Positions 27,154 through 36,683 of a DNA stretch of 58,840 nt are shown here, one piece after another. The DNA comes from a virus (lineage: Duplodnaviria > Caudoviricetes). The translations under genes and the position numbers were made by a program. How positions within the stretch are numbered: position 1 is the first letter of the stretch; each line of letters starts with the position of its first letter. Below the pieces are notes generated by a model. That model made no database searches. It worked only from the letters and a program-made list of their open reading frames with translations, and was not told the origin of the DNA. The stretch spans positions 1-58,840 of the IMG/VR virus record IMGVR_UViG_3300050119_000051. One strand, written 5' to 3'.

Positions 27154-29024
27154 TGCGAGGTGTGCTCGCAGCGCTATTGCTGGCAGTCATGGCACTGCCT
27201 GCTCACGCGCAGGCGCTGGCCTCGGCTAGATCGAGTTTTCTGTGGATCACGCCGATGCTCAATGATGCATTCGGGCGCACCAATGGATCTCTGATCTCGC
27301 CCTGGGCCGTGGTCACAGGATTGCCAGCAAACCTGGCCATTTCCAGCACTACGGTGATCACCAGCCATTTGACGGCCGACACGGCGTATTACAACTCTGG
27401 AGCGACGTGGCCTGGCGATCATTATTCCTGCGCCACGGTAGTCAATGCGAGTTCTGATGCCCCCAATCACGGCTACGGAGTCTCGGTGCGCGTCAGCTCG
27501 AGCGCGGAGAGTTTCGATCGAGCCGTGTTCGGCGCGGCCGGTTGGCAGACTCAGGAAGTCGTGGCGGGCGCAGCCACGGATCTTAATAGCTCTACCACCG
27601 TGCAATGGGTAGCAGGGGATCAGGGCTGCTTGTTTGCAGTCGGTTCGACGCTGACTCTATACAAGATTTCAGGCGGCTTATGGACGCAAGTGGATGTTGA
27701 GTCCAGTACGCTCACCGGAGGCTCGCCGGGACTTGCCTATTCCAGTACGAACGTTGCTGGAGGGGCGATCAACAACTGGTATGCCGGCGTGGTCAATACC
27801 AGAGGCCCGCTCGGGGGCGCAGGCGGTACAGCTATAAAGTGGCACCCTGGCCATTACACGCAGTCTGACTTCTACATGACCACGTCGCCGTCATCGGACG
27901 GCACGTTTGATGATATCGACCGTATGGCCGCGGTAGTGGATGGGAGTGGCAATCCTCGATTCAAAGGTTATATGATCCAATTCCATTGGTCTGATATCGA
28001 ACCCACAACGCAGGGTTCGTACAGTGCAGCGATGGTCACGGCGATTAACGCCGTGCGTACCCGATTGCAGACCAACTACACCTATAACGGCGTCGTTAAT
28101 CCGTTTCGCTTGATGATTAGGCTCAGGGTCGAGGCAGGCAACCATTTGCCGGCTTACATTACCAGCGGTATCAGCGGGCTTGGTTCGGATGCCGTTGCGT
28201 GTACGGGCTCTGGGCCAGGCAGTATGGCCCCAGCTTTCTGGCGCGCCCCAGTCATGAGCGCATATATCAACATGCTCAATTACCTCGGCTCGCTGTACGA
28301 CTCTGACCTACACGTAGAGGCCATCGCAGCGCTGGAAGAAGCCTCCATCGCTTACACGTCGCCCCCTGGGGACTACTCGGGAGCGGCCTTCTACGCTCAA
28401 TTTCAGAACATGGTGAATGGTCTATCGAGTTGGCCCACTACGCTCAAGACCCCCAATCTGAACTTCGGTCCCACGGGCACTAATCAGGCTTGGGTCAACA
28501 CGGCCACTGAATTCCTCGCTCCTAAGCTTGGTTGGGGCATTGGTGGACCGGATGTGCTGACTGCGACCGGCGGTTACGGGGAGACGTGGGGAGAACTGGC
28601 ATTCTATGGAGGCAGCGGTTCGGATAGCATCAACAGGCAGGGACATACCAGTGAAATCATCGGCATCGAAGACGACGTGTACCTTTGGACCGCACAAACT
28701 TCAGCCGGCGATGAATCCTATGGCTATAGCACCCTGCACCCCACGCACATGGTATGGATGATCTTTCCAGAGTCTGAATACAGCGGGGTTGCTGGTAATT
28801 CCTCACAGTGGTGGGAGACCGGAACGGTGCCGGCATTGCAAGCGGTGAATTTTCGTCTAGCGGCTAGTGCGCTGCCTTGCCCGAGCGCCTATAACAGCGT
28901 CGGCTGCAACACGATGGGCTTTGGTTGGTCGTGGATAGTGATGTTGCCGATGCTGGCGCGGCGACGCCGAGGCTTATATGAAGCCGCCAACGATGACGAT
29001 TTCGAGCAGCGCGTCAGAGCGTAG
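27150..29024 (+). CDS. Exported protein: lectin-like beta-sandwich + glycoside-hydrolase-like barrel + C-terminal hydrophobic/Arg anchor
   Basis: MMRGVLAALLLAVMALPAHA|QA; KWHPGHY, FHWSDIEP, LEEAS, GIGGPDV; GFGWSWIVMLPMLARRRR. Confidence 0.65.
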   Translation: MMRGVLAALLLAVMALPAHAQALASARSSFLWITPMLNDAFGRTNGSLISPWAVVTGLPANLAISSTTVITSHLTADTAYYNSGATWPGDHYSCATVVNASSDAPNHGYGVSVRVSSSAESFDRAVFGAAGWQTQEVVAGAATDLNSSTTVQWVAGDQGCLFAVGSTLTLYKISGGLWTQVDVESSTLTGGSPGLAYSSTNVAGGAINNWYAGVVNTRGPLGGAGGTAIKWHPGHYTQSDFYMTTSPSSDGTFDDIDRMAAVVDGSGNPRFKGYMIQFHWSDIEPTTQGSYSAAMVTAINAVRTRLQTNYTYNGVVNPFRLMIRLRVEAGNHLPAYITSGISGLGSDAVACTGSGPGSMAPAFWRAPVMSAYINMLNYLGSLYDSDLHVEAIAALEEASIAYTSPPGDYSGAAFYAQFQNMVNGLSSWPTTLKTPNLNFGPTGTNQAWVNTATEFLAPKLGWGIGGPDVLTATGGYGETWGELAFYGGSGSDSINRQGHTSEIIGIEDDVYLWTAQTSAGDESYGYSTLHPTHMVWMIFPESEYSGVAGNSSQWWETGTVPALQAVNFRLAASALPCPSAYNSVGCNTMGFGWSWIVMLPMLARRRRGLYEAANDDDFEQRVRA

Positions 29025-29030
29025 CCAGTC

Positions 29031-29807
29031 ATGACCGGCACAGTCATCGTCGGAGGCGGCAGTAATAATACCGTCGAGGTAGCGGCGACCGGTACGCAGG
29101 GACCGGGCGGACAAAATCCGCTGAATACTTCTGGCACGTACAACTTTGCGCCGAGCATGGGCGAGGCGGTTTTGTTCGCATACGGCTCATGCGGCGTTCG
29201 CAGGACGGCTTTAACTCAACAGCATTTCGAAGATGCACGTTTTGCGACCAATATGCTGATGGGGCGCTGGAGCGCGGACGGCGTCAATCTATGGGCGGTG
29301 GACTTACAAAAGATTCCGCTGGTACAGGGCCAGTCAACGTACCAAGTTCCGTACAACACAATCGTGATGCTGGACACTTACTACACAATTATTAACGGTG
29401 GAGAAGAAATAGATCGGATTATGACTCCGGTAAGTCGTACGGAGTACGCCAACTACCCGCGTAAGCAGCAACAGGGAAGCCCTAGTATATTCTGGATGGA
29501 CAGATTGTTATCGCCAACGGTCACTATCTGGCCAGTGCCAAATGGTCAGCAGGCGTGCTTGAAGTATTACAGGCTGCGCCAGATTCAAGATTCAAACCTA
29601 CAGAATGGGCAGAATGTAGAAATACCGCCGTACTTTCTTGAGAGCTATGTATACGGTCTTGCAACACGGCTTGCAGGCATTTGGGCACCAGAGCGAGCCG
29701 TTGGATTGAAGGCCATGGCCGACGAAGCATGGGGAATTGCGACGCGACAAAACACAGAGACGGCTAACCTGTATATTTCACCGATGATCAGCGGGTATTT
29801 TCGGTAA
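29031..29807 (+). CDS. Head-tail adaptor / tail tubular-like protein
   Basis: TSGTYNF, WSADGVNLW, SRTEYANYP.KQQQG.P, WPVP, YGLATRLA. Confidence 0.7.
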   Translation: MTGTVIVGGGSNNTVEVAATGTQGPGGQNPLNTSGTYNFAPSMGEAVLFAYGSCGVRRTALTQQHFEDARFATNMLMGRWSADGVNLWAVDLQKIPLVQGQSTYQVPYNTIVMLDTYYTIINGGEEIDRIMTPVSRTEYANYPRKQQQGSPSIFWMDRLLSPTVTIWPVPNGQQACLKYYRLRQIQDSNLQNGQNVEIPPYFLESYVYGLATRLAGIWAPERAVGLKAMADEAWGIATRQNTETANLYISPMISGYFR

Positions 29808-30538
29808 TGGCCTATGCCAGCAGAAGCGGAAGGGCGCGGACTTCTACAAAGAAGCCAAGTGCCTTCTATGTCTGCGATCGTTGCGGAATTTGGGGAAATC
29901 GCGTGGACGGCCAGTGGCAAATGGAATGGCGCGGCACCAGCCTTCAAAATCTGTGGATCCTAGTTTGTCGCCGATGTTTAGACGTGCCTCAGGAGCAACT
30001 TCGCGCGATACAACTCCCAGCTGATCCTGTTCCAATTTGGCAGCCTCGCATCGAAAACTTCGCCGATGCCGAAACTGACTACCGCTCAACACTTCCGGGA
30101 ACCGTTGATCCGATCACCGGCATTCCAATCCCGTCAACGACACTGCGCGTCACGGAGGATTGCCAGAATCGCATCACGCAGCCGATCGGCATACCTGACG
30201 GACTTGAACAAAACGCCGTCATGCCGTACAACGGCGGCGTGCAAAAGGCGTTCGGTGTGCCTCTCTCACTGTTGTCAGTCATCGCCAACGGCACTGCAAC
30301 AATCGCCGTGACGTGCTCCAAGCCGCATGGCCTGCAGACCGATGGACAGATATCGGCTGAGGGACTGACGGCCGCCAACGGCTTCTACAGCGTGATCGTG
30401 GTCAGCGCGACGGCGTTTACATATATGATGGCGTCGAATGTAGCCGCGGCTTCGCTGTTGACGCCGACGACCAGGATTGTGACCGCGCTAGTCGGGTTGC
30501 CGTACGGTTCACCGGCCATTCCCACTGGAGTGATTTGA
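29807..30538 (+). CDS. Structural protein with N-terminal Zn-finger-like CxxC pairs
   Basis: CDRCG...VCRRCLDVPQEQL; C-terminal HGL..G tail module. Confidence 0.65.
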   Translation: MAYASRSGRARTSTKKPSAFYVCDRCGIWGNRVDGQWQMEWRGTSLQNLWILVCRRCLDVPQEQLRAIQLPADPVPIWQPRIENFADAETDYRSTLPGTVDPITGIPIPSTTLRVTEDCQNRITQPIGIPDGLEQNAVMPYNGGVQKAFGVPLSLLSVIANGTATIAVTCSKPHGLQTDGQISAEGLTAANGFYSVIVVSATAFTYMMASNVAAASLLTPTTRIVTALVGLPYGSPAIPTGVI

Positions 30539-31038
30539 TGGCCACGACGACCATATTGCAACTCCCTCAGATTGTTGGCGGCGCAACGGGCCTCGAGCAA
30601 TTAGAAGTCGCGCAGCCGACGACTCTGCCTAATGGGCAGCCAGGATGGGTGTCTATACGACTATCGTCCGCGCAGATCGCGGCTCTTGCGTCACAGATCG
30701 CGGCTACGGGGCCGACGGGCGTTATATACGATTCTCCAGCCGCCGGAGCGCATAACGACTACACCGTAAATAACCAAATGGGTCCGACCGTCGGCTTCAT
30801 TGAACTTACGCCCACTGCGAACTGCAACATCACTGGGTTGAAAGCTGGACTCGACGGGCAACTTGTCGTAATCACAAATCTTGCCGCCGGCTTCAGCGCC
30901 ACTCTGAACGCGCTCAACGCGGGCTCGCAGGCTGCGAATCAGCTCAGAATGGTTCAGGACTTCGCCTTGATACAGAACGATTCGAAGTCGTTCAAGTATT
31001 CGATCACCATTGGAAAATGGATAGCGATAGAGTTCTGA
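30535..31038 (+). CDS. Putative tail fibre/appendage protein
   Basis: NITGLKAGLDGQLVVITN motif; TIxQLP N-terminus. Confidence 0.55.
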   Translation: MMATTTILQLPQIVGGATGLEQLEVAQPTTLPNGQPGWVSIRLSSAQIAALASQIAATGPTGVIYDSPAAGAHNDYTVNNQMGPTVGFIELTPTANCNITGLKAGLDGQLVVITNLAAGFSATLNALNAGSQAANQLRMVQDFALIQNDSKSFKYSITIGKWIAIEF

Positions 31039-31039
31039 T

Positions 31040-31828
31040 GTGACCGCGCCAGCTACCAACCCGCTGTCCTACAACGCCTACGTCCAACAGCTTGGCGTGA
31101 TGGCGGTTGCGCTGACTCAGGAGACTGCCGGCGTTTACAGCTTCGTCGATGAGCCGCTGCAGACGGCGTTACTGCAGGCGCTAGGATACGCCGAGTTGAG
31201 GATTCAGCGCGACATAGATTTCCTGAATGCCCGCGCGTCGAATACTTATGCGCTTACGGCCGGCAGTAACCTGTTGTCGATTCCGATCAACGATTTTCTC
31301 ATCGTCGAAACACTTGAGATCACGCAGAACAATGGCACTCAAGTCGTCAACAGCATGCCGCTTACGCCCGTGTCTCGCGAACTTATCCAGAACTGTTATT
31401 CAGGACTGGCGCAGGCATCGCAGCCCCGATTTTTTGCCATGGCGGGAGACAATTTTGGTGACGGCGCGAATTTGAACATCAACGTGCTGCTTGGGCCAAC
31501 GCCTAACTTCGCGTATCAGGTACGCGTCAATGGCGTGATTCGCTTGCCGTCGCTGGCGAAGTTTGCTGTATCAGGAGTTGCTGACACCTCGTACACGTAT
31601 ATCTCGGAATTCCTGCCGGACATGCTGATGATGGCTAGCCTGATTTATATCTCGGCGTTCCAGCGTAACTTCGGTGTAGCGAGTTCAGATCCTGACTCTG
31701 GGATGACATTCGAAAAACAATATCAAGCGCTGAGGTTGGGGGCCATTTCGGAAGAGAATAGAAAGAAGTTTCAGGGAAGCGCTTGGTCTTCTTATTCCAC
31801 GCCAGTTGCGGCAACCCCGACAAGATAG
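31040..31828 (+). CDS. Head-tail connector / tail tubular protein A-like
   Basis: YAELRIQRDIDF, LGPTPN.AY, LPDMLMMASL, FEKQYQAL. Confidence 0.7.
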   Translation: MTAPATNPLSYNAYVQQLGVMAVALTQETAGVYSFVDEPLQTALLQALGYAELRIQRDIDFLNARASNTYALTAGSNLLSIPINDFLIVETLEITQNNGTQVVNSMPLTPVSRELIQNCYSGLAQASQPRFFAMAGDNFGDGANLNINVLLGPTPNFAYQVRVNGVIRLPSLAKFAVSGVADTSYTYISEFLPDMLMMASLIYISAFQRNFGVASSDPDSGMTFEKQYQALRLGAISEENRKKFQGSAWSSYSTPVAATPTR

Positions 31829-31834
31829 GTATTT

Positions 31835-32539
31835 ATGCCTGTGTGTAGAACATGCGGTGTAGAGAAATCGGAGGATCTGTTCTCTATAAGAAAAAGAACA
31901 GCCAAAATAGTTACGCAATGCAAGGAATGCAAAAATGTCGCGATAAACGCGTGGAATAAGGCGCACCCAGAACGGCGCGCAGAGACTTCTCATAGGAACT
32001 ATGCAAAGACAGTAGGGAAAGACCCGGAAGACTGTCGCGGACGCATAGGAAGCAAAGAATGGGAGACGCGAAAGAAACCAAACAAAACGCCATACTATCA
32101 CCGCAACAAGGAGAAGGTTAAAGCGCAAGTAACGGCCAGGGCGCAAAACAAAGTGGCTGAGATAAGCGCATATCATAAGAAATGGCGCACATTGAACGCT
32201 GAGAAAAAAGCGGAGAACGATCGCCAGTGGCGCCTAGGGAATCCTGATCTAGTAGCCCTGTATTCCAATACCAGGCGCGCTCGTAAGCTTAAGTCTCAGC
32301 CTCAATGGTTGACTGAGGTTCAGTTGGCTGATATGCGAGAGTATTACGAGATTGCAGCTGCTCAACAAAAACTGACCGGCGGCAAATTTCACGTTGATCA
32401 TATATTCCCACTCCATGGAGCGAAATTCTGCGGGCTGCACGTACCGTGGAATCTACAAATACTGACAAAAACAGAAAACCTCCAGAAAGGTCGATCGGTG
32501 CCGCAGGAATATGCGCACATGCTCGACTATGTGCGGTGA
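31835..32539 (+). CDS. Free-standing HNH homing endonuclease
   Basis: FHVDHIFPL...CGLHVPWNLQIL...NLQK; N-terminal CxxC; A-rich relative to neighbours. Confidence 0.85.
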   Translation: MPVCRTCGVEKSEDLFSIRKRTAKIVTQCKECKNVAINAWNKAHPERRAETSHRNYAKTVGKDPEDCRGRIGSKEWETRKKPNKTPYYHRNKEKVKAQVTARAQNKVAEISAYHKKWRTLNAEKKAENDRQWRLGNPDLVALYSNTRRARKLKSQPQWLTEVQLADMREYYEIAAAQQKLTGGKFHVDHIFPLHGAKFCGLHVPWNLQILTKTENLQKGRSVPQEYAHMLDYVR

Positions 32540-32542
32540 CGC

Positions 32543-34579
32543 ATGCCTCACGCTATGTTGCGCCTAGCGGGCGGGGTCAATACGACTGAGACGGCAGCCC
32601 TCAATGAAAACTCTGGGATTTCGTCCTCTAACCTGATCCGATATTTTTACGATGTAAACGGCCCGGCGCTCGTTGGCAAACTCGGCGGCTGGAGCAAATT
32701 TTTTCCTTCCGCAATGGCCGCCATCGTGCGCGCGTTGTGGGCATGGGAGGATATCAACGATAACGCAAATCTGGCATTAGGCACGCAGGTATTTCCATCT
32801 GGCGCACGCTCTCAGTTAGCCGTCATCACAGCCGGTGCGCTCACAGATATCACGCCTGTTCAGGCGGTAAGCGCGATTCCACCGGTTGTGGTTGCAACTG
32901 CTATTGGAAGCCCGCTGATTGCGGTGGTAGACACCACCACTATCGGTATCACCAATACCTGCAGCGTGTACATCGCGACGCAAATCGCCGTTGGCGGACT
33001 GGTGCTGTTTGGTCTTTATCCCTGCGACGAATTGGGCTCCATTTATTCCAACAGTTACACGCTCTACGCCCGAGATATCCTAGGAAATCTGAGACTAGCG
33101 ACAACCACGGCCGCGGCCACTCTCCCAACATTTAGTACGCAGCCGCAGTCCAATGCCGTCGCCGTCACATTGACTGCGCACGGTTATGCGCCTGGTACTA
33201 CCTTCCCTATCCTTTTTGCCACGCTGGTGGGGGGCATAACGCTACAGGGAAACTATGTTATCCAGACCGTTGTCGACGCCAATACATTCACGATCCAATC
33301 CACATCTGCGGCGACTTCTGCTGCTACCGCAACATTAAACGGCGGCATTGCCGTTTTTGTGTACAACGGCTTGGGCGCGACGCCGCCATCCGCGCTACCA
33401 ATCGAGTCCGATGACTGGACACTGGATAACTTCGGACAGGATTTGATCGCGTGCCCCACGACTTCCCCAGGGTTGCCGGGAGGCATTTCCTATCAGCCGA
33501 TCTATCTCTGGTCGCCGACCAGTCAGCCGAATGCCGCAGTGATTCCGCAGGCGCCTGCGGTCAACGACGGGATATTCGTCGCAATGCCGCAGCGTCAGAT
33601 CATCGCGTGGGGATCGACTGAAACCGGCATCCAGGATCCGCTACTCATCAACTGGTGCGATGTCAATAATCCCAATCAATGGATTGCGCTCCCGACCAAT
33701 CAGGCAGGCTCATTTCGGATCCCAAAAGGCTCTCGCATCGTGGGCTGCGTTCAAGGGCCTCAGCAGGCCCTTGTCTGGACGAACATCGACGTGTGGTCAA
33801 TGCAGTTCATCGGCACTCCGTACGTCTATTCGTTCAATGAAATTGGTACCGGCTGCGGTCTGATTGCGCGCAAAGCCGCTGCGTCCCTGAATGGCATTTA
33901 TTACTGGATGGGACCATCACAGTTTTATAGCTTGGGCGGAGAGGGAGTGTTGCCCATACCATGCCCGGTGTGGGATGTTGTCTTTCAGAATCTTAATCAG
34001 GGCGCATTGTCGAAAATTCGCGTTGCGGTCAATTCCAGATTTGGCGAAATCCAGTGGTTCTATCCGTCAGCCAATGGCGGCGGCGAAGTCGATTCATACG
34101 TCAAGTACAATGTCTACATGAACGTATGGGATTATGGATCACTCGGACGAACCGCCTGGGTAGATCAATCGGTACTCGGGCCGCCAATCGGCGCGGATCC
34201 TGGGTCGTTATTGCTGTACCAGCATGAGACCTCTAACGATGCAGACGGCGTGGCGATGTTACCTTTCCTTCAGACTGGATATTTTGCGTTGAGTGAAGGG
34301 GATTTTCAGACGTTTGTGGATCTCGTTTGGCCAGACATGCGCTGGGGACAATGGTCGGAGGCGCAGAATGCGACGGTGCAAATCTCGTTCATTGTCGTCA
34401 ACTATCCCGGTGATACGCCGGTCACTTACGGCCCGTATTCAGTGACGCAGGCGACCAAATATTTCAACACGCGGCTGCGCGGGAGGCTCGTCGCGGTCAG
34501 GATATCGAGCAGTGATCTGGGCACTTGGTGGCGTATCGGTGCCCTGCGGTATCGTTATGCGCCGGACGGACGGTTCTAA
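32543..34579 (+). CDS. Tail tubular protein B / P22 gp10-like stabilisation protein
   Basis: WTLDNFGQDL, QDPLLINWCD, TNQAGSFRI, EIQWFYPS, GSLGRTAWVD, RLRGR, WRIG..RY...DGR. Confidence 0.8.
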   Translation: MPHAMLRLAGGVNTTETAALNENSGISSSNLIRYFYDVNGPALVGKLGGWSKFFPSAMAAIVRALWAWEDINDNANLALGTQVFPSGARSQLAVITAGALTDITPVQAVSAIPPVVVATAIGSPLIAVVDTTTIGITNTCSVYIATQIAVGGLVLFGLYPCDELGSIYSNSYTLYARDILGNLRLATTTAAATLPTFSTQPQSNAVAVTLTAHGYAPGTTFPILFATLVGGITLQGNYVIQTVVDANTFTIQSTSAATSAATATLNGGIAVFVYNGLGATPPSALPIESDDWTLDNFGQDLIACPTTSPGLPGGISYQPIYLWSPTSQPNAAVIPQAPAVNDGIFVAMPQRQIIAWGSTETGIQDPLLINWCDVNNPNQWIALPTNQAGSFRIPKGSRIVGCVQGPQQALVWTNIDVWSMQFIGTPYVYSFNEIGTGCGLIARKAAASLNGIYYWMGPSQFYSLGGEGVLPIPCPVWDVVFQNLNQGALSKIRVAVNSRFGEIQWFYPSANGGGEVDSYVKYNVYMNVWDYGSLGRTAWVDQSVLGPPIGADPGSLLLYQHETSNDADGVAMLPFLQTGYFALSEGDFQTFVDLVWPDMRWGQWSEAQNATVQISFIVVNYPGDTPVTYGPYSVTQATKYFNTRLRGRLVAVRISSSDLGTWWRIGALRYRYAPDGRF

Positions 34580-34670
34580 TGGCCGCTGGCCTTTTAGCTA
34601 TTATTCTGCAGATATGGAGAGAACGCTCCATGCAGTTCGCGAGCGTTTGTCAACGTACGGTAAGTATGTA

Positions 34671-35036
34671 ATGGCTGGAGCTTCACAGTCTGCTGGAGCC
34701 TCTCTCTCTGATCTGCTCTCGGCAGTGAAAAATCTCGTGCAGGCGGCTGGCACAATCGCGCAGAATTACCTCAACGTTCAGGGGCAGCAGAGCGCGGCCG
34801 CATTGACAGCGCCCACGATCATCAAGATTTCTGGTGGAAGAATCGCTCGGGTCAGCGTGATTGTCGCTGGCTCTGCGGTCGGTACGGTCTATGATGGGGC
34901 TAGCCTGAGTGCAACGGCGAGTCCTCTCTACATCATCCCTAACACGGTGGGCGTTGTCGAAGTGAACATGCCGGCCAATGTTGGGATTTTGGTCGCACCT
35001 GGGACTGGGCAGAAAGTCAGCGTGAGTTTTTCATAA
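34671..35036 (+). CDS. Small structural protein
   Basis: ATG 34671; helical N-terminus then beta-rich GRIARVSV...GILVAPGTGQ. Confidence 0.65.
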   Translation: MAGASQSAGASLSDLLSAVKNLVQAAGTIAQNYLNVQGQQSAAALTAPTIIKISGGRIARVSVIVAGSAVGTVYDGASLSATASPLYIIPNTVGVVEVNMPANVGILVAPGTGQKVSVSFS

Positions 35037-35948
35037 ATGGATCCGATAACCATAGCTCTCCACACTGCGCGCAAACGGCGCGATGATGGCGGCTCTGTTG
35101 AGACCACACGGACCGTCGGCGCGAAATTCCACGCCGGGCCGATTCACAGCGGGGTGGCGGGGCGTACCGATCATCTGCCGATCACGGTACAGTCAGGGTC
35201 ATATGTCCTGCCAGCCGATATCGTGAGTGCCGGCGGCTCGGGCAATACGCTCGCCGGCTTTAAAGTCCTGCGCCGAACCTTCGGCGGCGAGCCGTACGGC
35301 GCTGGCAGCGCGCCCTACGGCCAGAACAAGGGCGTCTATGGACTGCCGGTCACATATGCCCGCGGCGGCCGCGCCCGAGCCGCCGGCATCCTGTTCCTGT
35401 CGCCAGACAAGGAAGTGCTCCTGATGCGCCGGACAGAGGACGATGGCCACAAGGGCGAATGGGCCTTCCCGGCCGGTGGCATCAAAAAGGACGAAACACC
35501 TGATGCGGCTGCCAAGCGTGAAACCGGCGAGGAAACCGGGTACAAACACGAGGGCGGACTGTCGCCTTTCATGCACAGCGAGGATAAAAATCTAGACTTT
35601 ACAACGTACTTAGCTCACTCTCAGCGCTTCGATCCGAAGCTGAATCATGAGCATGATGGAGCCAGATGGGTGACTCTAGATGAGGCCAAAAAACTACAGC
35701 TGCATCCGGGGGTCAAGGCTGCGCTCGAGAAACTCGCCACGCGTGCTGGTAAGGCCCACGGCGGTGAATCATCGGGCGTGCCGATCGTCGCGGCCGGCGG
35801 CGAATGGGTTATCAGCCCGGAGCATGTGCGACGCGTCGGTAACGGCGACATCGATATGGGACACCGAGTGCTCGATGCGTTCGTACACCGGGTCCGCAAG
35901 GAACTGATCGGGACGCTCAGCAAGCTGCCAGGACCGCGCCGTGACTGA
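35037..35948 (+). CDS. Virion-module protein with an inserted Nudix hydrolase domain
   Basis: Nudix box GGIKKDETPDAAAKRETGEETG between YARGG and KAHGG; flanks GRTDHLP...GSYVLPADIVS and VPIVAAGGEWVI. Confidence 0.8.
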   Translation: MDPITIALHTARKRRDDGGSVETTRTVGAKFHAGPIHSGVAGRTDHLPITVQSGSYVLPADIVSAGGSGNTLAGFKVLRRTFGGEPYGAGSAPYGQNKGVYGLPVTYARGGRARAAGILFLSPDKEVLLMRRTEDDGHKGEWAFPAGGIKKDETPDAAAKRETGEETGYKHEGGLSPFMHSEDKNLDFTTYLAHSQRFDPKLNHEHDGARWVTLDEAKKLQLHPGVKAALEKLATRAGKAHGGESSGVPIVAAGGEWVISPEHVRRVGNGDIDMGHRVLDAFVHRVRKELIGTLSKLPGPRRD

Positions 35949-36120
35949 CTCACCTTACACAGAAAACATGTTCGACATCGCCGTCCATCTGGCGACCAAG
36001 ATCATGGATGCACCGGACGTCTGGACGGCACACGACTTGACGTACTTGATCGAACGCGAACTCGACAAGTACATCGAGGAAGGTAGCTTGCGGTTTGCAA
36101 AACCGGTGAATCGGCGATGA
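35941..36120 (+). CDS. Hypothetical protein (59 aa, not in ORF track)
   Basis: MTDSPYTENMFDIAVHLATKIMDAPDVW...; overlaps both neighbours. Confidence 0.45.
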   Translation: MTDSPYTENMFDIAVHLATKIMDAPDVWTAHDLTYLIERELDKYIEEGSLRFAKPVNRR

Positions 36121-36650
36121 CTCAGACCGCTGTAGCGCGCACAGAGCAATCGTCACGCGCGCCCGAACCGGCGCTCCAAATCCGGCTTGCCACGCCAGCA
36201 GACATGAATGAAGTGATGAAGCTGGCGGTTACTGCGTGTAAAGAGAATGCTTTTCTAGAGGCATCTGCGGAAATGTTGGCTCGCGAGATTTGGCCGGCTC
36301 TCGTACAAGACCACGGGCTTATGGCTTTGATAGGTCCTCCAGGCGGGGCGATTGAGGGATTGGTTTTGCTGCGAATAGGAACCATCTGGTATAGCAAAGA
36401 GCAAGTTTTGGAGGAAAAGGCAATATTCGTCTATCCAGAATTCAGATCGGCGAAGGGCGGCCGCGCGAAGAAACTTTGCGACTTCAGTAAAAAAGTGGCT
36501 GATACATTGGGAATGAAACTTCTGATCGGAGTGCTTTCTGCGCATCGGACTGAAGGCAAGGTTGCAATGTATACGAGACAGTTCGGTCCACCGATGGGAG
36601 CTTTTTGGCTCTACGGCACGACTACTGGCGATAAACAGGTAGTAGCATGA
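36117..36650 (+). CDS. GNAT-family acetyltransferase-like protein
   Basis: IRLATPAD, IFVYPEFRS; typical position before ejection genes. Confidence 0.7.
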   Translation: MTQTAVARTEQSSRAPEPALQIRLATPADMNEVMKLAVTACKENAFLEASAEMLAREIWPALVQDHGLMALIGPPGGAIEGLVLLRIGTIWYSKEQVLEEKAIFVYPEFRSAKGGRAKKLCDFSKKVADTLGMKLLIGVLSAHRTEGKVAMYTRQFGPPMGAFWLYGTTTGDKQVVA

Positions 36651-36683
36651 TCAATCTTGATAGTGTGAACTGAAGGCCATACC

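Noticed and set aside
31835-32539. HNH as part of an intron or intein
   Set aside because: Flanking genes each have their own start and stop and appear complete; an ordinary free-standing homing endonuclease.
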